64,000 nt of DNA, taken from positions 1 to 64,000 of the forward strand of contig JALMLS010000329.1 in assembly GCA_038496445.1 (NCBI GenBank). Direction: 5' to 3'. Origin of the DNA: Trichosphaerium sp. ATCC 40318 (lineage: Eukaryota; Protista; Tubulinea). Under the pieces are notes generated by a model. It made no database searches. It had not been told where the DNA came from and saw only the letters and a list, made by a program, of their open reading frames with translations. This document shows, piece after piece, positions 51,117 to 64,000 of this stretch (positions are counted from its first letter, which is position 1; each line of letters opens with the position of its first letter). Made by a program: the position numbers and the translations under genes.

Positions 51117-53069
51117 TCATTGATTTGACAATACAGCGTCAGAATATGGACCAGATTCACCATCTGCATTGAATCCGCGAACACGATACCATGAAGAACC
51201 TTGAAAAGAATTTGTTGTTAGATGATAGTATCTCAATTATATATCTATCTTTTACCTGAAGGCTGGCTATTATCTACCCAAGGTGTTTGATTGTCCGTGG
51301 CACATTGATTACAAATAACAGTCCAAGGACCAGAAGAGTTTTTTGAACGCTCCACAGAGTAGTTCACAGCTACAGATGCTCCTCTTTTTTGTTGTTAACA
51401 AAACAATTTGACTTAGAAACCAGTACCTCCAAGCTATTTGTTTGCCATTTATGGATGTAATTAAGGGTGTCGAAGGAAGCTTATGTTTAGGTGTTTGAAT
51501 ACCACGCATTTTAAAAGCATGATGTCTTGACATAGTGAGGTTAGATGCTTTTTTTTGGTTTGTATAACGTTATTGTACCTTAATTCTCTAACATCACTTA
51601 TCATTTTCGCATTATCACCAGGATAATGAACTGTAAAAGTATCACTATGCTGTACAAATCCATAGGTATCCAAGTGCGGGAAAAAGGACCAGAAGGTATC
51701 ACCTTAAAACGAGCAAAACCATTAAAAAAAAGATTCAATCATGGAATTTTTCTACCTGAAGTTTGGCTGTTTTCTATTACGCTGAGGAACTCTGTTAGGT
51801 TACCTTGGCTCCAACCATACTCTCCAACAATAAACACCTTGTGTAAAAGGTGAATAAGGTTAATTAAATATGCTCTATACCTTGTTTGCCTTTGCTACCT
51901 CAGAAGCATCTTTAGTAACACGAGAAGGATCCATTGGGTAGAAATGATCGGAGTATATGTCCACTGTGTCAATAGATAATGCGTCCAAATTAATACCATA
52001 CGTTCCTTTAGCAATAGGCGTTAAGAAAATCTAGCTACACAGCAATACAATCTAGATTTCCACGTGATAAAAAAAGCATAATTGAAACAATCATAAAAGA
52101 TGCAATTTTCGCTAGTATGCAATTGTTTTGATAATTAGAATTGTTGATGGTAATAATACGCACCATCCATTACTAGTTGTTTAGGAGCTGTTTTTTTAAT
52201 AAACGCTGAAACTCTCTTTGTCCAAGAGGTAGGTGGTCTTAACTCGTTCCCAGTCTTTTTTCGAAAACATTAGAAAAAAATTAAAGCAAAAGGTACTAAC
52301 CTCCCAAGCCATTATTGTAGGATCGTTCTTGAGACTGAGCCCCGTATAATTATTAACATGGTTGAGGAGATTTTCAACGTAATTTTCGTAGTCTCCAATG
52401 ACCTTTAGTCATTTGTTAAAGATAACTATAAACAATCTTCTTTAGTTGTATACCTGAGTGTTTGTATAAAACTCACTCTCTGCCACACCACGCCAATCAG
52501 TAAAATCGTGTTTTCCTCCATGATAATAATGGTAGTTATCAGTGAGAGGAACAATCAAGCGAATACCAGCCTTTCCATATAAGACAGAAAAAGATAAATA
52601 AGAAAAAAAGCACGTTCATACCTGTCCAGCCTTGTAAACTGCGTAATCAATATAATCAACTGCCTTCTCATTAAAAGCGTCTAGTTTAGTCTCGTAGCTA
52701 AGAGAATTACCAGTTGATACACCGCACGTGTGAGCACGAATGACGTTTGTGCCCTTACAAAAAAAAAGAAAAGTTAACGACTTTCTCTCGCTTTAAAGAT
52801 ACGTACCATGTCAATTGCAGTTTCTATAGCGTCATCTACTCTGAAGTGAGTTGGATAAGCGACTGTATGTGGCGGAACGTTTTCATCAAGACCCAACCAG
52901 TACATGTTACTGCCTTTGTGTATCGTTAAGCGTTTACAAGCTTGTATTAGCACTTGCCCGCGTATTTAAAAGGACGTCCATCTAACATCAAGTTAGAACC
53001 GCTTCTTGTAATAAAAGACGCGGTATAAACGCTTGAAAGTGCTAATAGAAACACAACGGCTTGTCTCAT
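51117..53069 (-). CDS. Secreted GH5 beta-mannanase-like enzyme
   Basis: Signal peptide, FITRSGSNLMLDG, NMYWLGLDEN, IMAWE.GNEL, DHFYP, VGEYGW and LFWSL. Confidence 0.85.
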
Positions 53070-54001
53070 CAGTACAACCAATTTTTCATCAAAAAGCTTG
53101 ACTTCTGTGGACGAAAATTGGATTGCAAAGAAAAATACGAGGCTTCGCGAGCGCGTAGTACAAAAGTAAAAGCAATATTTTGTCTGAAAAAGCGCTGAAA
53201 GTAACAAAAAGAAAGCTGGTAGGTATTAATAACATAATGTCTCACAGAGATGTTACAAACTACCGTGCTGGTAGTCACGTGAATGTAGGGCATCACTAAC
53301 TGGAGTGCCTATCATTGTTGGTGTCATAGCGAGTACTTATTACAAAACTAATGGTATTTAACCGAGAAATGGTTTGTGATGTACATTCATTAAATAACAT
53401 GGACATTTGTGCATGATACTATTCTTTTTGACTTCACCGTCTAGTTTACCATCAACCCACATGCACTGATGAGGTGAATGAACTGAAAAGCATATCATAA
53501 GATACTACCACATTGAAAAGCAATACATCAACAAGGTAGTTGCACTAATTCAAGTTGCTTGCTTTATCAAACTGATTTATTAAATCTTGGAAACTGAGCT
53601 TCAGCTGTTTTACTTTACATGTTCGGGCGTACCTCTTAGAAATATTGTTTTTCTTTTGAGAATACTCATTGAGGGTACTACTTGACACAACGTGTTGTCG
53701 TTGTAGAAAATCACACGGTTTAACTTTGATAAAGTTGCAAAAAAGTCAACACTTATTTACATTCTAGCTTACACGTTTTGAAGTACGTAAGTAGATCTTC
53801 GACCAAACTAACGTGACTAGTACAAGCAAGCGGTTTGTTAGCATTTATGCTTTAACGCTGTAAAAAAATAATACGCTTTGCAAATCAATAGTACAAGTCG
53901 AAATAACGCACGTGATAACAAACATACAGGTTTTTTGTTAAAAGTCAAAACTAATTTCAAATAAAACATAGCCACCTCATCTAACAACCGATAGAATAAA
54001 G

Positions 54002-55122
54002 ATGGGCCAATGTAAAACAAAAAAACATCATGAATTTCCAGAAGACGAGGATATAATCGTTCATCTTGAAGGGAGTAAACGTAAGACAAAGAAGGTTACT
54101 GCGAAGCGGCAATCAACAGAAACCGAGTATACTTATCTATTTAAAATACTGCTACTGGGAGACTCTGGAGTAGGTAAAACAGCTGTAATGACGGTAAGTA
54201 GCAGCCAAAAACAGGCTAAATGGTATAAATATTTTTTCCGTTATTAATCACGTTTTGCGAAGCGGTATACTCAAGACACGTTCGCGGACGACTTTATAAG
54301 TACAATTGGAATAGATTTTAGAGTGCGTAGAGTGTATTCTCATCAATGAGTTTAATACTCTTTGTAGACGTGTATGGTACAGCTGGAAGGTGAAACAGTT
54401 AAAGTACAGATTTGGTAAACCATTTTTAAAGCAAAGACACGTAATTTGTGGTTGTTTAATTGTATTCAAGGGATACTGCAGGTCAAGAAAGGTTTAGGTC
54501 AATGACTCCATCATACTATCGCGGTGCTCAAGGTTCGATATTTTATAAAGACAGGCAGATATATTTTTGCTAACTGTGCGGATTTGTTTAGGGATTGTTC
54601 TTGTTTATGATATTACCGTTGAATCTACCTTTAACAGCATAGGCACGTGGCATAACAAATGTAATTTTATTGTTCTTATACGTATAACGTACAGAGGGTT
54701 GGGTTGAAGATGTAAAGACGGGAGAATGTGAAGAAAACGTTGAGTTGATTTTAGTTGGTAACAAAGTAGATTTGGAACCAAACAGAAAGATATCAGTTGA
54801 TCAGGTAACATTTATTTCGACTGAAAAAACACGTGATGTTGGCGAAATTGATATTTCATAACACCAAACTTTGGGACATAACATCACACTGTCTACGAGG
54901 AGTTTCCCGATGACACTAAAGACAAAAGCAAAACTTCATTTTTTTTGTGAAATGCTAAATCAAGTGTTGTTTTAAAGTTTATACTAATACACTCAAAAGG
55001 GAAAAGCTCTTGCGAAGACATTAGATGTTCCATTCATGGAGACATCAGCAAAAACGAATACGAATATACAGAATGTATTTAATGATTTAGTTATGCGTAT
55101 AAGAGAGCACTATGAAAAGTAA
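54002..55122 (+). CDS. Rab GTPase (Rab1/Rab8-like) with N-terminal MGQC extension and no C-terminal Cys
   Basis: [45 protein letters not shown] and ETSAK. Ends IREHYEK*. Confidence 0.9.
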
Positions 55123-55318
55123 CAACAAAAGATTCAATGAAAATCTTTGAAAAAAATCAAAACTAAACAAAGGAACTCGCGATTGAGTTTAATCGAATCA
55201 AGAGAAAAATATCTTTTATATTTTTTCTAGTATGTACAAATAGTTCACCACATAATAAGAAACCAAACTGGTCGTTTTGCAGCAAAAAAAGGTCTTCTTT
55301 TTTTTTTTTTTTTCCAAC

Positions 55319-58300
55319 TTATTGCAAAAACTTTTTGAAATCATCGTTTGACATACCACCAGAAGAAGATGCGTCAGTCATAGTCTCATCTTTTTTAGTA
55401 TTAGAACTGCTCTTTGTAGCGTCGGTTCTATTAATAGTATCTTTCTTCTGAGCAACAGCCTTTGGCTTGACAAATCTCATTTTTTGTCTCATAGAACGTG
55501 GAATCATAGGAGGATCAGGCTTTCTATTCTTCCTAGGTTCATTCCTTGTTCTATTCTCTGCCTGTGGAGCAACACGTTTCTTTGCACGACTAGGGTCACA
55601 ACGCTTAACGACAATAGAGCGTCCATCTACTTTACGTCCATTCATACGAAGACCTTTATCAAGATCTTCTTTTGAACCAAACTCAACATACGCAAATCCT
55701 AAACAAAACCGATTACTTCTCTTGTGATTGATGCTATTGAATTTATATCTAACGTACCTCTTGAAGCGCCACCTGGTTTCAACATGAGGCGTACATCAAC
55801 TGGTTCAACAACCTCACAGAAAGCCTTGGCGAGCGTTGTTTTTTCTGTCTTGAAATTAAGATTTGCAACAAATAGAACCAAGTCGTCATCGTAGTGCTTG
55901 TATAAGCTATCTGCCTCTGCAGTAACTTTTCCTTCATGTATCTTACGTATTGGTATGCGTCTTTCTCCAATCTTAACAACATGAACTACAGCAGCTTGTG
56001 TAGCTGACGCCTGTAAAAAACATTAAAAAACACAGAGGCAAAAACAAGTTCAACAACAGACTCCTTTGTGTTTGAATACAGTTAAAAGTAATTGAATTAT
56101 GGCCTCACCAAATACACAAGTAAAATCAAGTTCACTTGACATAATTTTGAGAAAATTAGAGCGAGCTGCACTGAAAGAAAAGGGATTTTTTGGTTTTTTT
56201 TTTTCCATTTTGCGTGCCTTCTCTTGGAATTGTACAAATCCCATGTTCCTTCTTTGTACAAGGCGTACTTCTTCAATAACACCAAATTGTGTCATAAGCT
56301 CCGTAATACTCTCAACTGTATCTTCTTCTTGAACATTATTGATAACAACAGTGCGTTGATCCTTCTCTCGTTTAGTTTTCATTCTAGCTTCCTTGGCAGC
56401 TGCTTTTTTATTTCGTTCATCATCCTCATCACCTCCTTGAGTATCTTCACGCTTTTGTCTCTTTTGAGGAGGTTCTTCGTTAACATTTCCTTCATCTCTA
56501 GCACGCTTCTTTGCATTTGATTGACCAGCATCCTTCTTTTTGTTATCACGTTTTTTTGGTTCCTTCTTTTTGATATTTTTCTTTGGTTGCTCCTTCTTTG
56601 GTCTACGGGTACCATAGTTGTTGTTTCTTTTGTATTGACGCATACTTAACCTTAGCAGTAGCGACTTTTTCTTCAGCATGTTGTACATCACTCATAGTAC
56701 CATAACAACGCTCAAAAGCAATCCACTGTGTCCAAACTGATGGTGCATTTTCGGGCATTGAATGACAAGCTCTTTTAAACAAAGATCTCGCTTTATCAAT
56801 CTTACCTATCCGCCTATGCAAAATTTAACACGTGATAATTGAATCAATTCGTAAAGAAATAAACCCTGCGTACTTTTCTACTTGAGACCATAAAATATAC
56901 TGTGAACCGTCTTTAGGATTAACAGTAAGAATCCTATCATAAATTTTTCTTGTTTCTTTAATATCATTGAACTTCTCACTCTCAATTATACCCCACAGTG
57001 TATCAATACGCATAGCGCCTCCAGGAAAGTCTATAAAATTACATAAGCATAAAGAAAACAAGAGTAAGACGTACATTGATTCATGTAATCAGATGCATAA
57101 GTGAACACAGCACGAACACGTTCTTTTGTTTCTTCTGAAATGTTTGTATTTTCTGTTTCCATTGCATCTTGCTTCTTATCTTTTTCGTGAACTACATTAA
57201 CTACACCAGCAATGCGAAGCGTTGCATCCAAGTGCGCCTCAAATACGGCCAAGTATTCGCTAATTAAGGTAAGACACCAAAACAATTCTAAAGAAAAAAA
57301 GCATACTTTTCTTCAGCTGGTAAACCTGCAATCAATGCCTTATCTCTTAAAGCATCGTAATCACGTGTAGTCTCAGTATCAAATGTTATTAAGGCTCTGA
57401 TATAATTACCCCATAGAACGCCAGAATAGCTATAATTTCTCAAAGCTCTATCGTAAGTCTTGAGTATCTTTTGACTATTTTTCCGCTCTTTCTTCTCCTA
57501 AAAAAAAGGAAAATGTCAAAACAATTGGCAGAAAGTAAGTCATACACAACGCTAATAGAGTCGTGCAAAGAGGTTAAAGAACTAACTGAAGCAATGATAT
57601 GAAAGGATAAATTAAGGCAAGTTGTGTACCATAAATTTGAGGTAGTCAAGCCATAGTTCCAAGTCCATGCAGTAATTTTGTAAAGCTCTTTCGTAAAGGA
57701 GTACAATCCTGTTTGTATTAGGATTTTTTTGAGTTGTTTCAAACTGAATGTATTGCCACCACCTTGGTAGCTCTTCATAGTTTGGTGCAAGCGCTAAAGA
57801 CAAAAAAATCAATAATCTCCCTCACTCCAACAAAAGAATAGAATAAAGAAGAAAAATTATTCCAATAAAACCAAAAAAACGTTTGTTTTCACGTGTCACC
57901 AAACATGTTGATTTTCTTGTTAGGTTATTCTTTATACGTACGATCTTGATCATCTGTTAATTTCACCTCAAGTGGTATTCTATCTTTGTATGTCTCCACA
58001 GCACGCTCATAACCTTTTGGTACTTCTGGATTTTCTCCTCCAAAATCTTTTTCCCATTTTTTATAATTCTCAACACTCTCTTCAATATCTTGTAATGGAG
58101 AACCAAGACGCCTGCGCCATAGTTTTCTTATCCTTTCAAGTTGTTCAAACTTAGCTCTTTCTTTGAGGTCCTCAAGCTGCGCTACCAAGTATGTTAGAAC
58201 CACTAGTGAACACGAACATTTCAAAAAAGAAGAAAAGTAACTCATTTAACACTTGCGTCAAATACTCATTATGTACCTTGCTCATACGCCATATACTTGT

Positions 58301-58998
58301 TCCATATAATTACACCCTTTCTAGGGTGTAAACCAACACGCCCAAGTGCTTTATCAAAGACACCACGAATCTTAGAGGCATCACCTTCTTTTATTTCAAA
58401 ATCGCAAAACATCATCCATACTGACGCATGTAAATAATCAGCAACTGCTTTTCTGAATAAACCACGAATTGTAGTTTTTTCTTGAGGTGTTGTGGCTATT
58501 GACATTTCATCACGAAGCCAATCAATCCAAACCTAAAACATTTTTTTCAGTTAACTTTAAAGTTGATTAAAGCTTCAAAAACAGTTGGAATTAAGCCACT
58601 GACGCGTGAAATGAATTAACAAGCCAAGTTTGAAGGGTTTTAAATAAAAAAACCGACAAAGAGTTTTATTTCGCGTACCTGTTCAGTCAAAGGGAACAAG
58701 CTATGCATATTGTTTCTTAGAGCGCGCAAATGGTCTAATTCACCTTGATTGGTATAAACTTGACATAATTCGATATACGCTGCGTAATCGCCAGAGTTTT
58801 GCTCAATACGCGCTAAAAGTCCGCTTAGATTTACAATTAGCATTTTTTCAACCAACCTTTTAGCTCTTTGGCTTTCTCTTCAAGGTTTTCTTCCTCAGAA
58901 GAGCTAGAAAGAGAATCTTCGTCCATTTTATCTTCTTCTTTTGTTTCTTTACGTTCTGGAGCAGTATCTACCTCCATAGAGTCCTCTTGTTTAGACAT
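55319..58998 (-). CDS. SART3: SART3/Prp24-like U4/U6 recycling factor (HAT repeats + RRMs)
   Basis: HAT repeats, two RRMs (LFVANL, FAYVEF) and the C-terminal Lsm-binding motif MSNDDFKKFL. Confidence 0.9.
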
Positions 58999-59108
58999 GA
59001 CAGATACCAGGCAAAGAGAAGTGCTACAAAAAAAGTAGCTTCGCAAACTTAACCAGAGCTAAGTTAAGCGGCTTTTTCAGCAACATTTAGAAAACTACCA
59101 ACGTGACA

Positions 59109-61347
59109 ATGCGTCTAGCTCTTGTTCTTGTGTTGTGTTTGTGCACAGTAGCTTATTGTAGCGATAACGGTACGATATTTAACGCTTCAACCAGCACATC
59201 TGTTGTTTCTTGTTAATAGCGTTTAGGTCTTGGAGCCACTCCACCAATGGGGTACGTACTTTTTGGTATACTTTGAGCGTGGATTAATATTTAATTTTTC
59301 CCACACATACGCTTACTCAACGAACAGGTGGAACACGTGCGTGATTAACAAAAATTTTCGAAAAGTTTTTTAACGGTGTTTTTAGGTGGTGCACTATGGG
59401 GTCTTGCTATCAACATGGTGGTAGTAGTAAGCTCCATGACGTATGTTATGAATCGGAAATTAAGAGGTACGTAAATTTGGTTCAAAGGATTCCTTACGAG
59501 GCCACGTGATTTACTTCCTACAAATAGCGTAGCAACGGCTATGCTGAACAATGGAATGCATGAGTTGGGTAAACCCTTTTTTCAGTTTAATTGTACCGTA
59601 TCTTACTTTCTTTTGCTGTAAGGCTATGAATACATTAATTTGGACGACTGTACGCTTGTCATACGCCGAAAACGAGTTATCGAAGTAATTAGGTTGGGCT
59701 AACACGAAACGTGATGCTAATGGAGATATTATGGCTGATCCAAAAAGATTCCCTAAAGGCACTTGACATTGTCTGTTTCGAAATGAGCTTATGCTCTCAA
59801 TAGGCATAGCAGAACTTGTTTCATGGCTTCACGAACGTGGATTAAAATTCGGCCTTTACACTAGCGCAGGGTTTACAACATGTTCAAGGTTCGAAGTTTC
59901 CTTGTACCTTTCTGATTTTTTCTAATTTGTTCTTCATAGTGGTGGTAGACCAGAGCCAATACCTGGAAGTTATGGACACTACGTAATTAATTAAAAACTT
60001 TCCGCGTATCTTATTGGGCTGTAGGAAAGTGACGCTGCTACTTTCGCAAAGTGGGATGTTGGTACGAAAACTACAACAATAATTCTCTTCGAAATCGTTT
60101 TCTGACTTTCTGGTTTTAGACTACGTCAAACTTGATTGGTGCGATACACGATTTCCAAACGGCACAGAAATGAGCCAAGTAAGTAATTCTATGCATTCAT
60201 TATTCATTAACGTGTCATAGCAAGTACAAACTGACCAATTCTACAATGCAATGAACAAGACGAAAAAAGCAATGTGGCTTAACTTCCATTGCGGTCATCC
60301 ACCTCAAGACTGGTGTAAACGTGACGGAAACTCATTTAGAAGTACGCATATAATAATAATATAGCCAAAAAATGGTTAACTAACAATTTGTTTTAGTTGG
60401 TCCAGGTAAACGATGCTGAACTCTCGCTTATTATTTTCTCACGTGTTTTATTCGCTCAGATCATCATGATTATTGGCCAAACACAATGTCTGAGATTCAA
60501 GCGCTTATAGGTCTTGGAAAGCATGCTGGACCAGGTCATTGGTACGTGTCTTTGGAGTTGCAACTCTTACGCACGTGGACAGTGGTCAACTCAAAAAAAA
60601 AAATAGGAATGATCCTGACTTTTTAATGACTGGTGGTTCGGGATGTGGAGAAGAAGTCCCTGGTTTACACTGTCCTGGAATGACAGACGAAGAGTACAAG
60701 ACTGTATTTACAATATGGTCAATAGTAAAGTACGTATAGACTGTATTCAGTTAACATCTAACGACTACACTAGCGCACCTTTGTTGGTTTCAACGGATAT
60801 AAGAAACATGACTAACGTCATGAAAGAAGCTCTTCTTAACAAAGCACTGTAAGTAATTTATCTTAGTTTTGTTCTTTAATATAATTTATAGGATTGCTGT
60901 GAATCAAGACACATACCAGGCAGGAGACTTAATAACGACATGGCACTGTAATGTACGTCAAGTAAGTTCAATTTTTTTTTAAAACTTTGTCAAGGCACCA
61001 ATGGGCACGTGCCAAATATGGGGAAAATACATGAGCGACGACTCTTACGTAGCAGGTAGAAGACTCTAATGTTATTCTTCTTATTTGACAATACACCCTA
61101 GCACTCTTTAACTCAGGATCTGGAAAACATAGCATAACACTAGACTTTTCACTTTTCGACAAAGCAGGACAGACTCTCAGAGTTACTGACTTGTGGAAAA
61201 ATACCGTCTCAACTCATACAGGTACACCGTAATCTTTTTGTAGTACATTTTAATACGTTTTTTTACTAAAACAAGAATCCTATAGGTTCATATGTGTCAG
61301 CAGAGATTCCTTCACATGGTGTTGTAGCAATTCGTTTATCTGCTTAA
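59109..61347 (+). CDS. Secreted GH27 alpha-galactosidase
   Basis: DNGLGATPPMGWNTW, INLDDCW, DYVKLDWC, WNDPDFL, APLLVSTD and AVNQD. Confidence 0.93.
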
Positions 61348-61529
61348 ATAAAACAACCTTCAGCCTTCTCTTTATCTTGTGAGCTCTTCTGGGTTTGGTG
61401 AACGTGTACTTTCGTAAATAACAAAGTAAATTACTTGTTTCTAAAGAACGTCGAAGTCCTAAACCGACGTGAACAAAACAGTCTTTCCATTCCTATTGAC
61501 ATTTTTTTATTTGCTTTTTGATGTATTGC

Positions 61530-62958
61530 TCAGTTAATTTCAATGTTGTATCGTGTCTGGTATGCGAGTAATATATCCTCACACCCTACTAGATGTTCCT
61601 TAGGTTCCCAAGTATTTTCTTCTTCGTTATAACCCTACAACTCGTTAAACCAATTTTTTACAAGTTTTTCAATACTAACCTTCCATTGAACAAGATACTG
61701 CATACCTCCCTATTATATCACGTTACTAAAACTTGGCAAAGAGATAATCACATGCCTTGCGCTTAAGATGACCAACTATTTTCTCAACTTCGTAAATATC
61801 AGACTCAGCTTCATCCTCTTCAGTATCAGGATCAACTGCCTTAACTCTTTGTGTCCGCTTATTGTTTTCAAATATAACAGGCTTCTCCGAGTACTGCTCG
61901 GTGAGTAAGTGATGCACAGAAGCACATCCATTTGCATGAGCTTCATGGGCCATTATACCCGTTGGAGCTCTTCCTTTACGTGCACGACAAAACGAACAAT
62001 TACAATCTCCCCTATTTTTTGTTAAAGGAAAAACAGAACAGAAAAGAAAAAAATTAATAGACGCACCTGCAGTATGGACAGACCCAATCAGTTTTCTTCA
62101 GTACTTCATCAATATCCTCTCCATATCTATTACGTAAACACCTTCTACAAAAGTGATGATACGTCCCAGGATTTGAATGTTCGTTGATACAAGTATTTGT
62201 TTTAACATCAATGGTTTTCTGCCTATCAAAAAAATATTACTTCCAGAGAACAGAACATTGTTTTTGAAGAATAAAACAACATTACCTGCATTGATGACAT
62301 GTGACACCATTAACTGAGTCATATACACGGCCACCGCGTACTGAAGAACCGACAGTAACACGTCGTTTTCTTAAAATAGATTAATTTTAAGCCATTGTTT
62401 TCAAACTACGATGACAGATTTCTTTAAAACACTGCGTACTTTTTCTTACTGGGTTTATTTGTCGTTTTAGAAGATGATGACACCCTTTTTCGTTTCTTCT
62501 TCACAGGAACCTAAAAACGACCGTAAGAAGGTATTTTAGAGCGTATAGGCGCGTAATTAATGGATTTAAACCGTTTTTGGTCGTTTGGTAGAAATTGTTG
62601 TGTACACTCCACCAAAAAGGTACAAAGCACTCACATCGTAGTATAACTCCTCTTCGTATACAATAACAGGCTTTATCACTTCATATTCAGGTTTATCACC
62701 ACTAAGCCGTAAACTACGCCTCTACTGTCTTTAACACTATGCTATTGTATTATTACGTACTGTTGGGGGACCTGGTAGTTTTTTTGGTTTTTTCGCAACA
62801 GGTTTCTTCTTCTTTTTAGTGTGGCCCTTTTTTGGACTATTTGAGTATGTTTGAAGCGTATACTATCGTACAATAGGCGTGCCCAAACCAAGATTTTGTA
62901 ATAGCTCCTTGTTTCGCCTTATACGCTCTAAGCGAATCTTCTCATAGTCGTTTTGCAT
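61530..62958 (-). CDS. CDCA7-like zf-4CXXC_R1 protein with C-terminal chromodomain
   Basis: N-terminal YEKIRLERIRRNKELL. Zinc finger GRVYDSVNGVTCHQCRQK...CLRNRYGE...WVCPYCRGDCNCSFCR. Chromodomain YEVEKIV...YLVQWKGYNEEENTWEP. Confidence 0.9.
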
Positions 62959-63349
62959 TGCCGCGTTTTTTGTGATTGTTTTTTAACGCCAACTACTGAT
63001 TATCACCTCATTCAACGCCTAGTGCACTGTGGTATTGCCACTTGGATTGCTAAAGCAACGCATGCTGTTTAAACTTTGTTTGACTTTCTTTTGCGTCTTA
63101 TTCATTGAACAATGTAATGTAATTGACTCAATGTGCATAGTTTCAATCGAATAGTTGCTTTCTTGCCATGTACTATTTGTGGTCTTTCTCTGTGTCTGGC
63201 ACGTGCGAATTACATAGTGCAATGGAAAAAAATGAGAAAAGTGGCAGTTCAAGCGGGCAGACAAAATACTTACTACGTAAAACTCAGGTTTGAACAGTAA
63301 GCCCTAGTCACGTGGTTTTTGTTGATGCACGCTCTTAAAGGTCACCGTA

Positions 63350-63719
63350 TGGTATGACAAAGAAAAAGTAAGGTAATTATAAACTGGACACTGGACTGTA
63401 CAACCAATGCAAAGGTACAAACGTGGTATGCTGTCACTCAACCAAAGACCATAATAGCAAACGGGTGAGTGGAAGACAGTTCAGAGTTATGAAAATGGAC
63501 AACTTAAAGATTCAAAGTGGTACATGGAACAGGTTATGTATAATGCATATACAAAACGGTGAAATCAAACAGTGGTATGAAAATGGGCAACTTAAACTAC
63601 AGGCTATGGTGATTGATGGTAAACAAAACGGTGTACAAAAAGAGTGGTATAGAAACGGACGACTTAAGGCACAAACCTTGGGGGCTAATGATAAAGGAAT
63701 TGGCGAACGCAAAAAATGA
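63350..63719 (+). pseudogene. Degenerate MORN-variant (YwqK-like) repeat ORF
   Basis: WYENGQLK and WYRNGRLK repeats. An upstream YENGQLK copy (~63487) lies in another frame. Confidence 0.5.
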
Positions 63720-64000
63720 TTAAAAAATAGGAACAAAGAACAAAGCATTGTGCTGCTCCAATTAAACGAAATTGGCTTCCGCCATAAAATTCTATTTAAC
63801 TCCCAACTGTCGTTCTTTCGCACGGACCCTGTAAAGCTATGTCACCACACTGAACATAGCGAGTGCAGTTGCTACCACAGGTGCTCAAAGGAACTACAAC
63901 AAGCGGAGTGAAAAAAAGGAAAGAAATAAAAAAAGCACAAAAATTATGATCACATTTTTTACATTCGGTGGATAGCTCCGTAGTAGTCATCTACACCGTT

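Noticed and set aside
53405-53495. Hammerhead ribozyme (CTGATGAG...GAAA)
   Set aside because: Stems II and III are weak and the cleavage triplet would end in G.
63796-64000. Cys-rich ORF (CKKCDHNFC) as a RING/IBR domain
   Set aside because: It is too short and runs into a T-rich tract. It is more likely the 3' end or UTR of a gene entering from outside the window.

Overview
AT-rich, intron-dense eukaryotic DNA using the standard genetic code. It probably comes from a protist; amoebozoan affinity is only inferred from gene content. The window has two sharply different parts. (1) 1-~12.3 kb is an element-like island with two tandem paralogous minus-strand genes. Gene A has at least 13 exons and runs off the window; gene B is truncated. 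Both encode an uncharacterised protein with a ParB/Srx-like DGxH motif. Most of their exons contain no CpG, while their introns carry CpG-dense palindromes whose flanks differ by paralogue (GACCGCGAGCTCGCGGTC in A, GGTCGCGAGCTCGCGACC in B, including an exactly 50-bp-phased array). Both genes have a co-varying 21-bp hairpin in intron 1 and an upstream ~2-kb non-coding block with telomere-like CCCTAA(A) repeats. (2) 12.7-64 kb is a compact run of host genes: V-ATPase A, GH44, a GT-like protein, CRAL-TRIO, ssSPT-like, Ras, a PstS-fused class C GPCR, VASt, SCAMP, PB1-NBR1-like, a pentapeptide-repeat protein, BtpA-like, a DEP protein, a receptor Tyr-kinase-like protein, a DNRLRE protein, GH5, an N-acylated Rab, SART3, GH27 and CDCA7-chromo. 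Two intergenic regions may hold structured ncRNAs. All gene models and family calls were made by hand, without database searches.
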